DNA from: an uncultured bacterium
GTDB lineage: Bacteria > Krumholzibacteriota > Krumholzibacteriia > LZORAL124-64-63
Direction: 5' to 3'
Assembly: GCA_963727525.1 (NCBI GenBank)
Contig: CAVSGO010000008.1
Location: 192,001-256,000 of the forward strand
Length of the DNA: 64,000 nucleotides
Below the pieces are notes generated by a model. The model saw only the letters and a list, made by a program, of their open reading frames with translations. It was not told where the DNA came from and ran no database searches. A program made the translations under genes and the position numbers. Positions 9,573 to 18,327 of the stretch are shown piece by piece; within the stretch, counting starts at the first letter, position 1, and each line of letters starts with the position of its first letter.

Positions 9573-11099
9573 TCACGGCGACGCGCTCGCGTGATCCACC
9601 TCGCGCCGGCGCAGACAGAGCTTCACGTCGCCCACCTGGGCCACCAGCTCGTAGTGGGCGGTGAAGACGTCGAGCACCGAGGCCGTCTGCTTGTCGTCGA
9701 GCGCGTTGTTCACCTCGTACATCCAGGTGCCCAGCACCACGAGACTCGGCGTCTCGCTGGCAAAGGCGTTCACCAGCTCGGCCCGCCCCGCCACGTGGTA
9801 CCGGTGACGCTGCTCCGTGGTCAGGCGCTCGGCCACGCCCAGGGCGAAGTGGTTCTCCAGTCCCGGCAGCGGGCGCTGACCGGTCTCGAACACGTATCCC
9901 GGCCAGAACGCCAGCACCGTGTCGCCAGGGCGCGTGAGCTGTGTGATGTTGCGGCACACCGACCGGAAGTGGTCCCACTTCCAGTCGGGAGCGGCCGGCA
10001 CGCCCGTTCGCGGCCGCGCGAGCGTCACGCCCGACATGGCCAGCAGCAGGGCGAGCACCACCGGCGGCGCGGCACGTCGGGTACCCGTCGGCCAGCGCGC
10101 CAGGCCACCGGCCACCAGCGGGAGCACCAGCGGAGCCAGTGTGGCCGTCATGTACTGCTCCTGCACCGGATCGGGCAGGAGGCTCACGCCCAGATGGGTG
10201 AGCGCGCCGATCGCCACGATCTGCTCGAACCGCCGCGCGCCGTCGGCCGCCGGCGCCCGTCGCCACGACCACGCACCCCACACGGCGAGCGCCAGGACGA
10301 TGGTCAGGAACGGATCGCCGGCCAGCGTATGGCCGAGCACCGCGAGGGCGCGTCCGGCAAGGCCGAACGCGCCGAGCCCCTCGTTCTCGCTGAACTTGAG
10401 CTGGTGATAGCGCAGGTTGTTGAACCAGAACCGATCGGGATCGCGAGCGAGGGCGATCACGAGCGGCAATCCGCCCAGCGCCACGCCGGCGAGCCAGGCG
10501 ACCGCCTGCCTCAGACGAGCGCGTCCCTCGCCCACCACGAGAACGAGCGCTGGCACCACGGCCAGCGGCGCGTACAGCAGCCGGACCGATGCGGCGAGCC
10601 CCAGCGCCACGCCACCGCCGATCCACCAGCGCAGGCCGCGTCCCTGCGTGAGCCCCCGGTGCAAGGCGATCAATCCGAGTACGGACGCGAGGCTCGCCAG
10701 GGCGTAGGTCTTGACGGTGACGTTCCAGTCCAGCACCCCCGGGCTCGCGGCCACCCCCACCAGAGCGACGAGCGCCTGCCACGGACGCAGACCGCGCCCG
10801 CGCAGCCACAACCCCCATGCGAGCACCAGCAAGCCGTCGCCGACGACGGACAGGAACCGTAGCGCGAGCAGGCGTGGGCCGAACAGGGCCACCACCGGGG
10901 CGTAGACGTACGGCAGCAGCGGTGCCTGGGGATAGAAGAAGTCGAGGTAGGGTGTCCGACCCTCCGCCACGAGGCGCGTCGCCATGGCGTAGTAGCCCTC
11001 ATCGCCGTCGATGGGCCGTTGGACCGCGAGATACGCGGCCGCGCCCAGGTGCAGGACCACGATGGCGAGGATCACGGCGGTGGTGACGCGGCTGGACAT
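9573..11099 (-). CDS. ArnT/PMT-like (GT-C) membrane glycosyltransferase
   Basis: DEGYY after TM1, PYLDFFYPQAPL, multiple TM helices and a C-terminal periplasmic domain. Confidence 0.8.
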   Translation of the reverse strand: MSSRVTTAVILAIVVLHLGAAAYLAVQRPIDGDEGYYAMATRLVAEGRTPYLDFFYPQAPLLPYVYAPVVALFGPRLLALRFLSVVGDGLLVLAWGLWLRGRGLRPWQALVALVGVAASPGVLDWNVTVKTYALASLASVLGLIALHRGLTQGRGLRWWIGGGVALGLAASVRLLYAPLAVVPALVLVVGEGRARLRQAVAWLAGVALGGLPLVIALARDPDRFWFNNLRYHQLKFSENEGLGAFGLAGRALAVLGHTLAGDPFLTIVLALAVWGAWSWRRAPAADGARRFEQIVAIGALTHLGVSLLPDPVQEQYMTATLAPLVLPLVAGGLARWPTGTRRAAPPVVLALLLAMSGVTLARPRTGVPAAPDWKWDHFRSVCRNITQLTRPGDTVLAFWPGYVFETGQRPLPGLENHFALGVAERLTTEQRHRYHVAGRAELVNAFASETPSLVVLGTWMYEVNNALDDKQTASVLDVFTAHYELVAQVGDVKLCLRRREVDHASASP

Positions 11100-11263
11100 G
11101 AACGACTTCCGATCCGGCTCTGGTGTTGCGGACCATGATCGGCGAGGCCGACCTCCCTGACAAGCGGATCCCCGCGCTTTCGCGCTGGCCGCTGCGCCGG
11201 CGAGCGATCACCTTGTGGTTGTTCGCCACGCTCTTCCGCTGCCACGTTTCGCCGAGGTCGTCC

Positions 11264-12046
11264 ATGCACGCCGCGAGCAAGACAACGCTGATTCTCGTCC
11301 TGGGCATGATCGCCGGCTGCTCCGTCCACGTGCATGCGCCTCCGGCCTCTGAAGCCCTCGTCGCGGCCCTGGATCGCGGGTCCGTGGTGGCTTTCGCGGG
11401 AGTGACGACAGACCCCGCGGTGGGTGTCTTCACGCCGCCGGATGCGATCGCAGCCGACGACGCGGCGCTCGGGGGTATCGCCAGCGCGTATCCCACGCTC
11501 ACCGTGTGGGCGACGCCTGCGGTGGCCGACGTGCTCGGCGACCCGCAACTTGCCGCCCTGCGCGACGAGTACGGCCGCCTGGGCGGCCTCGCGATCGCAC
11601 GAGTGCGGGCCCTGGCCGCCGGGCTGCCCGGTGCGTCGCTGCTCGCGCTGGCGCGCCTCGAAGCGGACGACGTGCACACCGACACCGTGGTACAGGACCA
11701 GGCCAATCCCGAAGCCCGCGTCTCGGGACAGCCCGAGCACTCGACGCCGTGGGCCATGACCATGTCCACGGAGCGCAAGATCCGGGTCGCTATGGAGATA
11801 TTCGACCTGCAGACCGGCGCCTCGCTGTGGCGTGGCCAGGCCGACGTGCGCGACCGCATCCGGTACGAGTACAAACCGCCCTCCATCGACCCGCAGGCCA
11901 TCGCGCGACGCTCCGCTGCAGCTTCCGACAGCGCCATCGTGCGCACGGGCGAGTTCCTCAAGCGGCCCGACATCGTGCCCATGATCGGCAACGCCTGCCA
12001 CGACCTCACCACGCGTCTGCCCGGGGTGCCGAAGGACGCGTCGTGA
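11264..12046 (+). CDS. Hypothetical lipoprotein
   Basis: Lipobox MIAGC after a hydrophobic stretch; IFDLQTGASLWRG strand motif. Confidence 0.7.
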   Translation: MHAASKTTLILVLGMIAGCSVHVHAPPASEALVAALDRGSVVAFAGVTTDPAVGVFTPPDAIAADDAALGGIASAYPTLTVWATPAVADVLGDPQLAALRDEYGRLGGLAIARVRALAAGLPGASLLALARLEADDVHTDTVVQDQANPEARVSGQPEHSTPWAMTMSTERKIRVAMEIFDLQTGASLWRGQADVRDRIRYEYKPPSIDPQAIARRSAAASDSAIVRTGEFLKRPDIVPMIGNACHDLTTRLPGVPKDAS

Positions 12047-13233
12047 TCACCCTGGCGATGCTGGCGATGCTGGCCCTGCTCGCCACGCCGCTGCCTGCCA
12101 CCGCACCGGTCGAATCCACCGCGATGATCGCCTGGCTCGACGATCCGGCCTGGCCCGCACTCGTCGCTGCGGCGGGGCCCGATCAGCAGATCATCGTGGA
12201 GTTCACGGCGTCCTGGTGCGGGCCGTGCAAGCTGTTGCAGTCGGAGGTGCTCGACGACCCCGCCGTGATCGCGGAGCTGGCGCCGCTGGTGTGCGCCCGC
12301 CTCGATATCGATCGCCCGGGCAACGCCGCCGTCGCCGACCGCTTCGCCATCACCACCCTGCCCACCGTCGTGCTCTGCACACGCGACGGTACGGAGATCG
12401 ACCGCATCCGCGGTTTCCAGGGGCGCGACGCCTTTCTCGAGAAGCTGCGCACCTTCAAGAGCGGACGCGGCTCGCTGCCGGACCTGCAATCCCGCCTCGC
12501 GCGCAATCCGGACGTGCCCACGCTCCAGGTGGAGACCGGCCTGCGCTACGCCGAGCGTCTCGACCTTGTCGCGGCCGCGGAACTGCTGGAACGCGGCCTC
12601 GCCACCTGGACGGCTCCCGACTCGGCCGCTGCCGCCCTTGCCTGGCGCACCCTCGCCGATGTCCACCACCGGCTCGGCGACGACGCCGGCGCCGTGCGCG
12701 ATCTGCGCACCCTGCAGCGCACGTGGCCCGATCACGAGTATCCCGTGGTCACGTGGCGCAATCTCGCGGACTATCAGCTTGCGGCGGGCGACACGACGGC
12801 CTCGCTCGCCGCCCTCGACTCCCTGCTGGCCATCCGGCCCGACGACGGGCCGTCCCTCACCGTTTTCGCCACGACCGCCGCCCGTACCGGGGTGCGGCTG
12901 GACGAGGCCACCGAACGGGCCCGTCACGCGGTCGCCGTCAGCGCCCTGCCCTACCGGGCCATGGACGCGCTAGCCACGGTGCTCCTGCGCCGCGGCGCCT
13001 ATCCCGAGGCCCTGCTCTGGAATCGCCGCGCCGCCACTGACGACCCTCACGCCGACGACCGCGCCACGCTCCGCGCGGCGGTACGGGAAAGCGCAATCAT
13101 GGGCGACTGGCGGCTCGCTTCTCCCACCATCGGCACCATCGCTCCGATTCCCAAAACCGTCGTCACGGAGGTTCCGGCGACGGTACACGGCGACCCGTGG
13201 CAGGTCTCCCGCCCGCCCATCGAACCATGGTAG
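12043..13233 (+). CDS. Exported thioredoxin-domain protein with TPR-like repeats
   Basis: Signal peptide, FTASWCGPC, LPTVV and a helical repeat C-terminus. The GTG start overlaps the upstream stop. Confidence 0.85.
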   Translation: MITLAMLAMLALLATPLPATAPVESTAMIAWLDDPAWPALVAAAGPDQQIIVEFTASWCGPCKLLQSEVLDDPAVIAELAPLVCARLDIDRPGNAAVADRFAITTLPTVVLCTRDGTEIDRIRGFQGRDAFLEKLRTFKSGRGSLPDLQSRLARNPDVPTLQVETGLRYAERLDLVAAAELLERGLATWTAPDSAAAALAWRTLADVHHRLGDDAGAVRDLRTLQRTWPDHEYPVVTWRNLADYQLAAGDTTASLAALDSLLAIRPDDGPSLTVFATTAARTGVRLDEATERARHAVAVSALPYRAMDALATVLLRRGAYPEALLWNRRAATDDPHADDRATLRAAVRESAIMGDWRLASPTIGTIAPIPKTVVTEVPATVHGDPWQVSRPPIEPW

Positions 13234-13249
13234 CCGGTATCTTCCAGGG

Positions 13250-13786
13250 TCAGCGGTCCGCGAGCGCGCCGTGGAACTCGTAGCGGTGCTGACCGTCTTC
13301 GATGATGATCTCGAGCTCGCCGGACAGCCCTGCGAGCTCGTCGGTGCCCGAATCGGGCACGACCTTAGCGATCAGGCGCTCGGTTTCGCCCCGCGCCATC
13401 GTGGCGCCATGCTGCAGCACGAAGCTCCCTTGGCGGCCGGCGAGCGTGCCGGTCACCTGCTCCATCGCCACGTATCCGGCGGAACCCTCCACGCTCGACC
13501 GGTAGCCCAGCATCTGGCCGCTACTGGTGGCCTCGATGTCGCCGTGGTATGTCTTGGTGAGCAAGAGGCGCCCGATCGGGCCGGCGGCCTCGCTGTCCGG
13601 ATCCTGCGGGGTCATCGCGACGTCGAAGGTGCCGCGCAGCGTCATCTTGAACTCCTCGGGGGACCGGGTGGATGTGGTATCACTGTTCGCGGTCGCTGGA
13701 AACACCGAGATCGCAAAGGTGATGATGGCAAGGGTGATTGTGGCAGAGGTGATGATGGCACGGGTGCCGATGAATCGAGAACGCAT
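13250..13786 (-). CDS. DUF3224 family protein (alternative internal start at 13645)
   Basis: KTYHGDIEATSSGQML, SAGYVAMEQVTGTLAGRQGSFVLQH and VVPDSGTDELAGLSG. Confidence 0.85.
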   Translation of the reverse strand: MRSRFIGTRAIITSATITLAIITFAISVFPATANSDTTSTRSPEEFKMTLRGTFDVAMTPQDPDSEAAGPIGRLLLTKTYHGDIEATSSGQMLGYRSSVEGSAGYVAMEQVTGTLAGRQGSFVLQHGATMARGETERLIAKVVPDSGTDELAGLSGELEIIIEDGQHRYEFHGALADR

Positions 13787-13862
13787 ACGACCTCCTGATC
13801 ATTGCTTGTCCCTGCAAGTTAATCGCCCCTGACCGGAGCGTCTTGAAGAAACGCGACAGACG

Positions 13863-14690
13863 ATGCTACACCGCAAGACCGAGCGCCCACGGGGCGTCCT
13901 GAAGCTCGCCGAGACCGAAACCACCGGACTCGTGCACGAGCGTTTCCTGCCGTCCGACGACCTCGCTCCCTACGTGGAGCATTACTGGCGCGTCGCCTGG
14001 GATCGCTGCGATCTGGGGCCGATGCCCGTGGCCACCTTGCCTCACCCGAGCGTGCACATGACCTTCTCCGCCCCTGACGGGGGAATCATCGGTGGTCCGG
14101 CACGCGCCCGCTTCACGCGCGAACTGAACGACGTGGGCGAGGTCTTCGCCGTGAAATTCCGCCCCGGCGGTTTCCACCCCTTCGCCGCTGGGCCCGTCTC
14201 GCGTTTCACCGATATCACGGTGCCCGTAGCCACGGTCTTCGGGCCGGACGGCGCTGCGCTGGCGCATGCCGTGGTCTCGGCCGGTGAGACCGCAGGGCGG
14301 GTCGCGCTCACGGAGGCCTTCCTGCGTGCGCAGCAGCCTATTCCGGATGCCTGCGTGGCGCGCGCGGCCGAACTCGTGCTCCTGGTGATGCGAGAACCGG
14401 GGATCGTGAAGGTCGCCGATCTGGTCGCGCGCGCGGGTGTCGGCATGCGCACGCTGCAGCGCCTTTTCGCGGAGTACGTGGGCGTGGGTCCCAAATGGGT
14501 GATCCAGCGCTACCGTCTCCACGAAGCCGCCGAGCGTTTGGCAGCCGGCCCAGTGGACCATTCTGCTCTCGCCCTGGAGGTGGGCTACAGCGACCAGGCG
14601 CATTTCATCCGCGACTTCAAGGCCATCGTGGGCGTCACGCCGGCGGCCTACGCGCGGCGGGCGTGTCCAGAAACCTCACATCCCGACTAA
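13863..14690 (+). CDS. AraC family transcriptional regulator
   Basis: C-terminal RTLQRLF...VGVGPKW and GYSDQAHFIRDFK. Divergent from the DUF3224 gene. Confidence 0.92.
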   Translation: MLHRKTERPRGVLKLAETETTGLVHERFLPSDDLAPYVEHYWRVAWDRCDLGPMPVATLPHPSVHMTFSAPDGGIIGGPARARFTRELNDVGEVFAVKFRPGGFHPFAAGPVSRFTDITVPVATVFGPDGAALAHAVVSAGETAGRVALTEAFLRAQQPIPDACVARAAELVLLVMREPGIVKVADLVARAGVGMRTLQRLFAEYVGVGPKWVIQRYRLHEAAERLAAGPVDHSALALEVGYSDQAHFIRDFKAIVGVTPAAYARRACPETSHPD

Positions 14691-14691
14691 C

Positions 14692-15914
14692 GTGCCACGA
14701 AGAATGTTGACGGGTCCAGCGCTTGCCTGGGCCCGTCTTCATGAACACCAAAACCCTCACTTCATGCCCCTCGCTTCCTCCCCACTGCTCCAACCCTAAC
14801 TGCAAATACCACAAGCCTCAGCCGCAACCCTGGCCCTTCGCGCTCTTCGGCACCTTCTCCCGAAAATCCCCACCCTACACCGTCCAACGCTACCTCTGCC
14901 TGGCCTGCGGCAGGACCTGCTCAGACCAGACCTTCCGCACCACATACTGGCTCAAACGCGCCGATCTCCTGCCCAAGGTCCATAAGCACGCCGTCTCTGG
15001 CGCCGCCAACCGCCAGATCGCCAGGCTCCTCGACACCTCGCCGACGACCGTCGACAACCTCCTCGCCCGCCTCGGCCGACACTGCATCCTCTTCCATCGA
15101 CACCTGGTGTCCCAGGCGTCACCCTTCGTGGACATCGCCATCGACGGGCTCGTCACCTTCGAGCACTCCCAGTACTTCCCCTACGAGATCGTCACGGCCG
15201 TCGATCGCCCCTCCAGCTTCATCATCCACTTCGCCGAAGCCGAGCGGCGACGCAGCGGGGCGATGACCGACGAGCAGAAATGGAAACGGTCCCTCTTTGA
15301 ACAAAACTATGGCCGGCCGGACCCCAGGTCGTTGATGCGGGCGCTGCTCGAGGTGCTCTCGGTCTCGCTCGACGGCGCCGCCGAGGCCCACATCTGGAGC
15401 GACAAGCACAAGACCTATCCCTACGCGATCGCGAAGCTACGGTATTGCAAGGTGATCCACGAGACGATCGACTCCCGTGAGCCGCGGACGAGTCGCAACC
15501 CGTTGTTCGAGGTCAACTTGCTGGACATGTTGCTGCGGCATTGTCTGAAAGACCACACGCGGGAGACGATCGCGTTCGGGAAGCGACGGCAGCATTCGAT
15601 CTACCGGCTGGCGATCTTCCTGGTGTGGCGCAACACGATCAAGTTGCGTCGGGAGAAGCGGTGCTGGAGCACGCCGGCGATGCAGATCGGGATCGCCACG
15701 AAGCCCTTGACCGAGGAGGAGGTGTTGTCGCGGCGGCTGTTCGTGTCGCATATCGAGTTGCCGCCGTTGTGGGATGACTACTACTGGCGACGGGTCGAGA
15801 CGCGGCCATTGAAGGTGAACCGGAGGCACAAGCTGACGTACGCCGCGTAGCGGGTCTGTCGGGCGTGGCCGGGAGTACCGGGGCTCAAGGCGCCAACAAC
15901 ATTCTTCTTGGCAC
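14692..15914 (+). mobile_element. IS1-like insertion element, copy 2 (complete, 1223 bp)
   Basis: Left end GTGCCACGAAGAATGTTG (14692-14709) and right end CAACATTCTTCTTGGCAC (15897-15914) form a 17/18 inverted repeat. Flanked by AAC at 14689-14691 and 15915-15917. Single transposase ORF. Confidence 0.85.
14741..15850 (+). CDS. IS1-family-like transposase (Zn finger + HTH + DDE-like domain in one ORF)
   Basis: CSNPNC...CLAC zinc finger; HTH NRQIARLLDTSPTTV; acidic motifs IAIDG and WSDK; TPAM motif near the C-terminus. The third catalytic residue was not confidently identified. Confidence 0.8.
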   Translation: MNTKTLTSCPSLPPHCSNPNCKYHKPQPQPWPFALFGTFSRKSPPYTVQRYLCLACGRTCSDQTFRTTYWLKRADLLPKVHKHAVSGAANRQIARLLDTSPTTVDNLLARLGRHCILFHRHLVSQASPFVDIAIDGLVTFEHSQYFPYEIVTAVDRPSSFIIHFAEAERRRSGAMTDEQKWKRSLFEQNYGRPDPRSLMRALLEVLSVSLDGAAEAHIWSDKHKTYPYAIAKLRYCKVIHETIDSREPRTSRNPLFEVNLLDMLLRHCLKDHTRETIAFGKRRQHSIYRLAIFLVWRNTIKLRREKRCWSTPAMQIGIATKPLTEEEVLSRRLFVSHIELPPLWDDYYWRRVETRPLKVNRRHKLTYAA

Positions 15915-16033
15915 AACCTGGGGGGCGCCGACCCGTTCTCGGGTAGGACAACCCACGCGCATGGGGTATGATCTGACCAGGCGGGTGCGGCCGGAACCGA
16001 TGGGCGGGCCGGTGACGCAACCGTGGAAGGCGC

Positions 16034-17020
16034 ATGAAGTTGACACAACGGCCTGAAGATCGTGGGGATGCAGCGACCGCCGTCATGGTGACGGGCGGAG
16101 GCGGTTTCGTGGGGACCACGCTGGTGCCCGACCTGCTCGCCGACGGCCACCGCGTGGTGGTGTACGACGATTTTTCCGTGGGCCGGCGCCCAGCGCCTGC
16201 GGAAGGGCTGCAGGTGGTTACGGGCGATATCCGCGACGAGGCCCATCTGCGCACCGTCCTGCGGGAGCACGCCGTGGCGAGCGTCATCCATCTGGCGGCC
16301 CTGCACTATATCCCCCACTGCAACGCGCATCCGGTCGACACGCTGCACGTCAACGTGGTGGGGACGCAGGCGCTGCTGGAGGCATGCCGCGAGGCCGGTG
16401 TCGCGCGCCTGGTGTTCGCCTCTTCGGCGGCCGTGTACGGCCCCTCGGAGTCGGCGCATCGCGAGGACGAGGCCCATGCCCCGGTCGATATCTACGGCCT
16501 CAGCAAGAGCATCGGGGAGCAGCAGCTGGCCGCTTTCCACCGACGCACCGGAATCCCGTGCACGGCGGCGCGCCTGTTCAACGTGTTCGGGCAAGGCGAG
16601 ACCAACCCGCACCTCATCCCCGAGATCCTGCGCCAGCTCGCCGAGCACGGAGACACGTTGAGCCTGGGCGCGCTCACGCCGCGGCGGGATTACGTGCACG
16701 TGACCGACGTGTCGCGAGCCCTGCGCGTATTCCTGGGCGCCACGGATCCGGGATTCTCGGTCTACAACGTGGGTACGGGCCACGCCGCCTCGGTGCGCGA
16801 CATCATCGCGTCCCTCGAGGACATTCTGCGGCGACCGCTGGTGGTGGAGCAGGACCCGGCCCGGCTACGCCCGGTCGATATGCCACACCTTCAGGCCGAC
16901 ATCGCGCGCCTGCAGGGCGACCTGGGCTGGTCGCCGGCGACCACGCTCACCGCGGGGCTGCGCGATCTCGTGCAGGCCAGCCTGCCTGGTGCGGGCGACG
17001 CAGGACGTCCGGTACCATGA
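16034..17020 (+). CDS. NAD-dependent epimerase/dehydratase (GalE-like extended SDR)
   Basis: TGGGGFVG, HLAA, SSAAVYG, YGLSK, RLFNVFG and RDYVHV. Confidence 0.92.
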   Translation: MKLTQRPEDRGDAATAVMVTGGGGFVGTTLVPDLLADGHRVVVYDDFSVGRRPAPAEGLQVVTGDIRDEAHLRTVLREHAVASVIHLAALHYIPHCNAHPVDTLHVNVVGTQALLEACREAGVARLVFASSAAVYGPSESAHREDEAHAPVDIYGLSKSIGEQQLAAFHRRTGIPCTAARLFNVFGQGETNPHLIPEILRQLAEHGDTLSLGALTPRRDYVHVTDVSRALRVFLGATDPGFSVYNVGTGHAASVRDIIASLEDILRRPLVVEQDPARLRPVDMPHLQADIARLQGDLGWSPATTLTAGLRDLVQASLPGAGDAGRPVP

Positions 17021-18210
17021 AGGTCATGATGGTCGGGCCGTATCCCGTGCATGGCATCGCGACGGGGGGAGTCGCCGCGGTCGCGTCCGCGCTCGTCGGT
17101 GCGCTTGCGCGACGTGACGAAATCGACCTCCATGTCGTGACCACGGCGCCGCCGGGTACGCTGGCCCGCAGCGACGGGCAGATCACCATGCATCTGGTGC
17201 CCGATTCGGGACGCTGGCGGCGGCTGACGTTCTACCGGTCCGAGCGCGACGCCATCACCCGTATCCTGCGCGAGGCCAGGCCCGAAATCGTGCACGTCCA
17301 GGGCCAGAACTTCTTCGCCGCCGGGGCGCTCACGGCGGGATTGCCGACGGTGGTCACGCTGCACGGCATGCTCGGCCGCGAGAAGGGGATCGTCGATCGT
17401 CGCAGCCGTGTGTCGGAGCGTGTTTCCAAGCTCGTGCGCGGTCACTTCAACGCCCGCTTCGAGACCGCGGTGTTGCTCGACGCCAGCGACCTGATCATCA
17501 TCAACCCCTACGTGGCGCGCACAATCGGCGACCGCACGCAGGCGCGGTTCCATGCGATCGACAACCCGGTCGACGACGCGTTCTTCGACGTGCGCGATGC
17601 CGCCGAGCCCGACCGCCTCTTCTTCGCCGGCGCTCTCGAGCCACGCAAGGCGCTGCACCAGCTCATCGAGGCCGTCGGCCTGCTCTGCGACCGGGGCGTC
17701 GACGTGCGCCTGCGGATCGCGGGCATGGATGCCGATCCCGGCTACGCGGCCGCCCTGCGCGCCGCTGCGGCCCAGCGCGTCCCGCCCGGCGCGGTGGCGT
17801 TCCTGGGCGTCGTCAGCCAGGCCGACCTGCTGGAGGAATATGCGCGGGCGGCGCTCGTCGTCATGTCGTCCGTGGAGGAGACGTCGCCCATGCTGCTGCA
17901 ACAGGCCATGGCGGCCGGCAAGCCCGTCGTCGCGCCGCGCGTCGGCGGGATCCCCGACCTGGTCGACGATCGGCAGACGGGCCGGCTCGTACCCGGGGCC
18001 GACCCGGCCGCGCTCGCGGACGCCATCGCCGAGCTCCTTGGCTCGGCCCCGGCCCGCAGCGCCCTGGGCGCTCGGGGGCGCGAGCGCGCGGAGGCGCGTT
18101 TCCGGTCCTCGGCCGTGGCGGCGCGCACCTGTGAGGTCTACGCGGCGATCCTGGCGGCCGGCCGCCTGCCGCGGGCCACCGCTGGCGAGACACGCCAAAA
18201 ATCCGACTAG
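17017..18210 (+). CDS. Glycosyltransferase family 4
   Basis: MKVMMVGP...GGV, VTLHG, RKAL and EETSPMLLQQAMAAGKPVVAPRVGGIPD. Coupled to the epimerase by an ATGA overlap. Confidence 0.9.
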   Translation: MKVMMVGPYPVHGIATGGVAAVASALVGALARRDEIDLHVVTTAPPGTLARSDGQITMHLVPDSGRWRRLTFYRSERDAITRILREARPEIVHVQGQNFFAAGALTAGLPTVVTLHGMLGREKGIVDRRSRVSERVSKLVRGHFNARFETAVLLDASDLIIINPYVARTIGDRTQARFHAIDNPVDDAFFDVRDAAEPDRLFFAGALEPRKALHQLIEAVGLLCDRGVDVRLRIAGMDADPGYAAALRAAAAQRVPPGAVAFLGVVSQADLLEEYARAALVVMSSVEETSPMLLQQAMAAGKPVVAPRVGGIPDLVDDRQTGRLVPGADPAALADAIAELLGSAPARSALGARGRERAEARFRSSAVAARTCEVYAAILAAGRLPRATAGETRQKSD

Positions 18211-18241
18211 GCAATTGGTCGGCATTAGGATATAATTGCTT

Positions 18242-18260
18242 CCGAATAAGACTTATTCGG
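18242..18260. promoter_or_regulatory. Perfect 9-1-9 palindrome upstream of glnA (candidate operator)
   Basis: CCGAATAAG-A-CTTATTCGG lies in an AT-rich island at 18211-18327. Confidence 0.5.
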
Positions 18261-18327
18261 CACATGTTAAATATAAATAACGTGTCGATAAGACTAAATC
18301 TACGTACAATAAGAGGAGAGTTCGGCC

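Noticed and set aside
1-15914. Composite transposon formed by the two same-orientation IS copies around 14 kb of genes
   Set aside because: Copy 2 has its own AAC duplication, suggesting an independent insertion. The enclosed genes look like ordinary host genes, and the left end of copy 1 is not visible.
647-15918. 22-nt repeat with variable adjacent sequence read as a CRISPR repeat-spacer
   Set aside because: Only two direct copies 15 kb apart plus one inverted copy. They are IS ends, and no cas genes are present.
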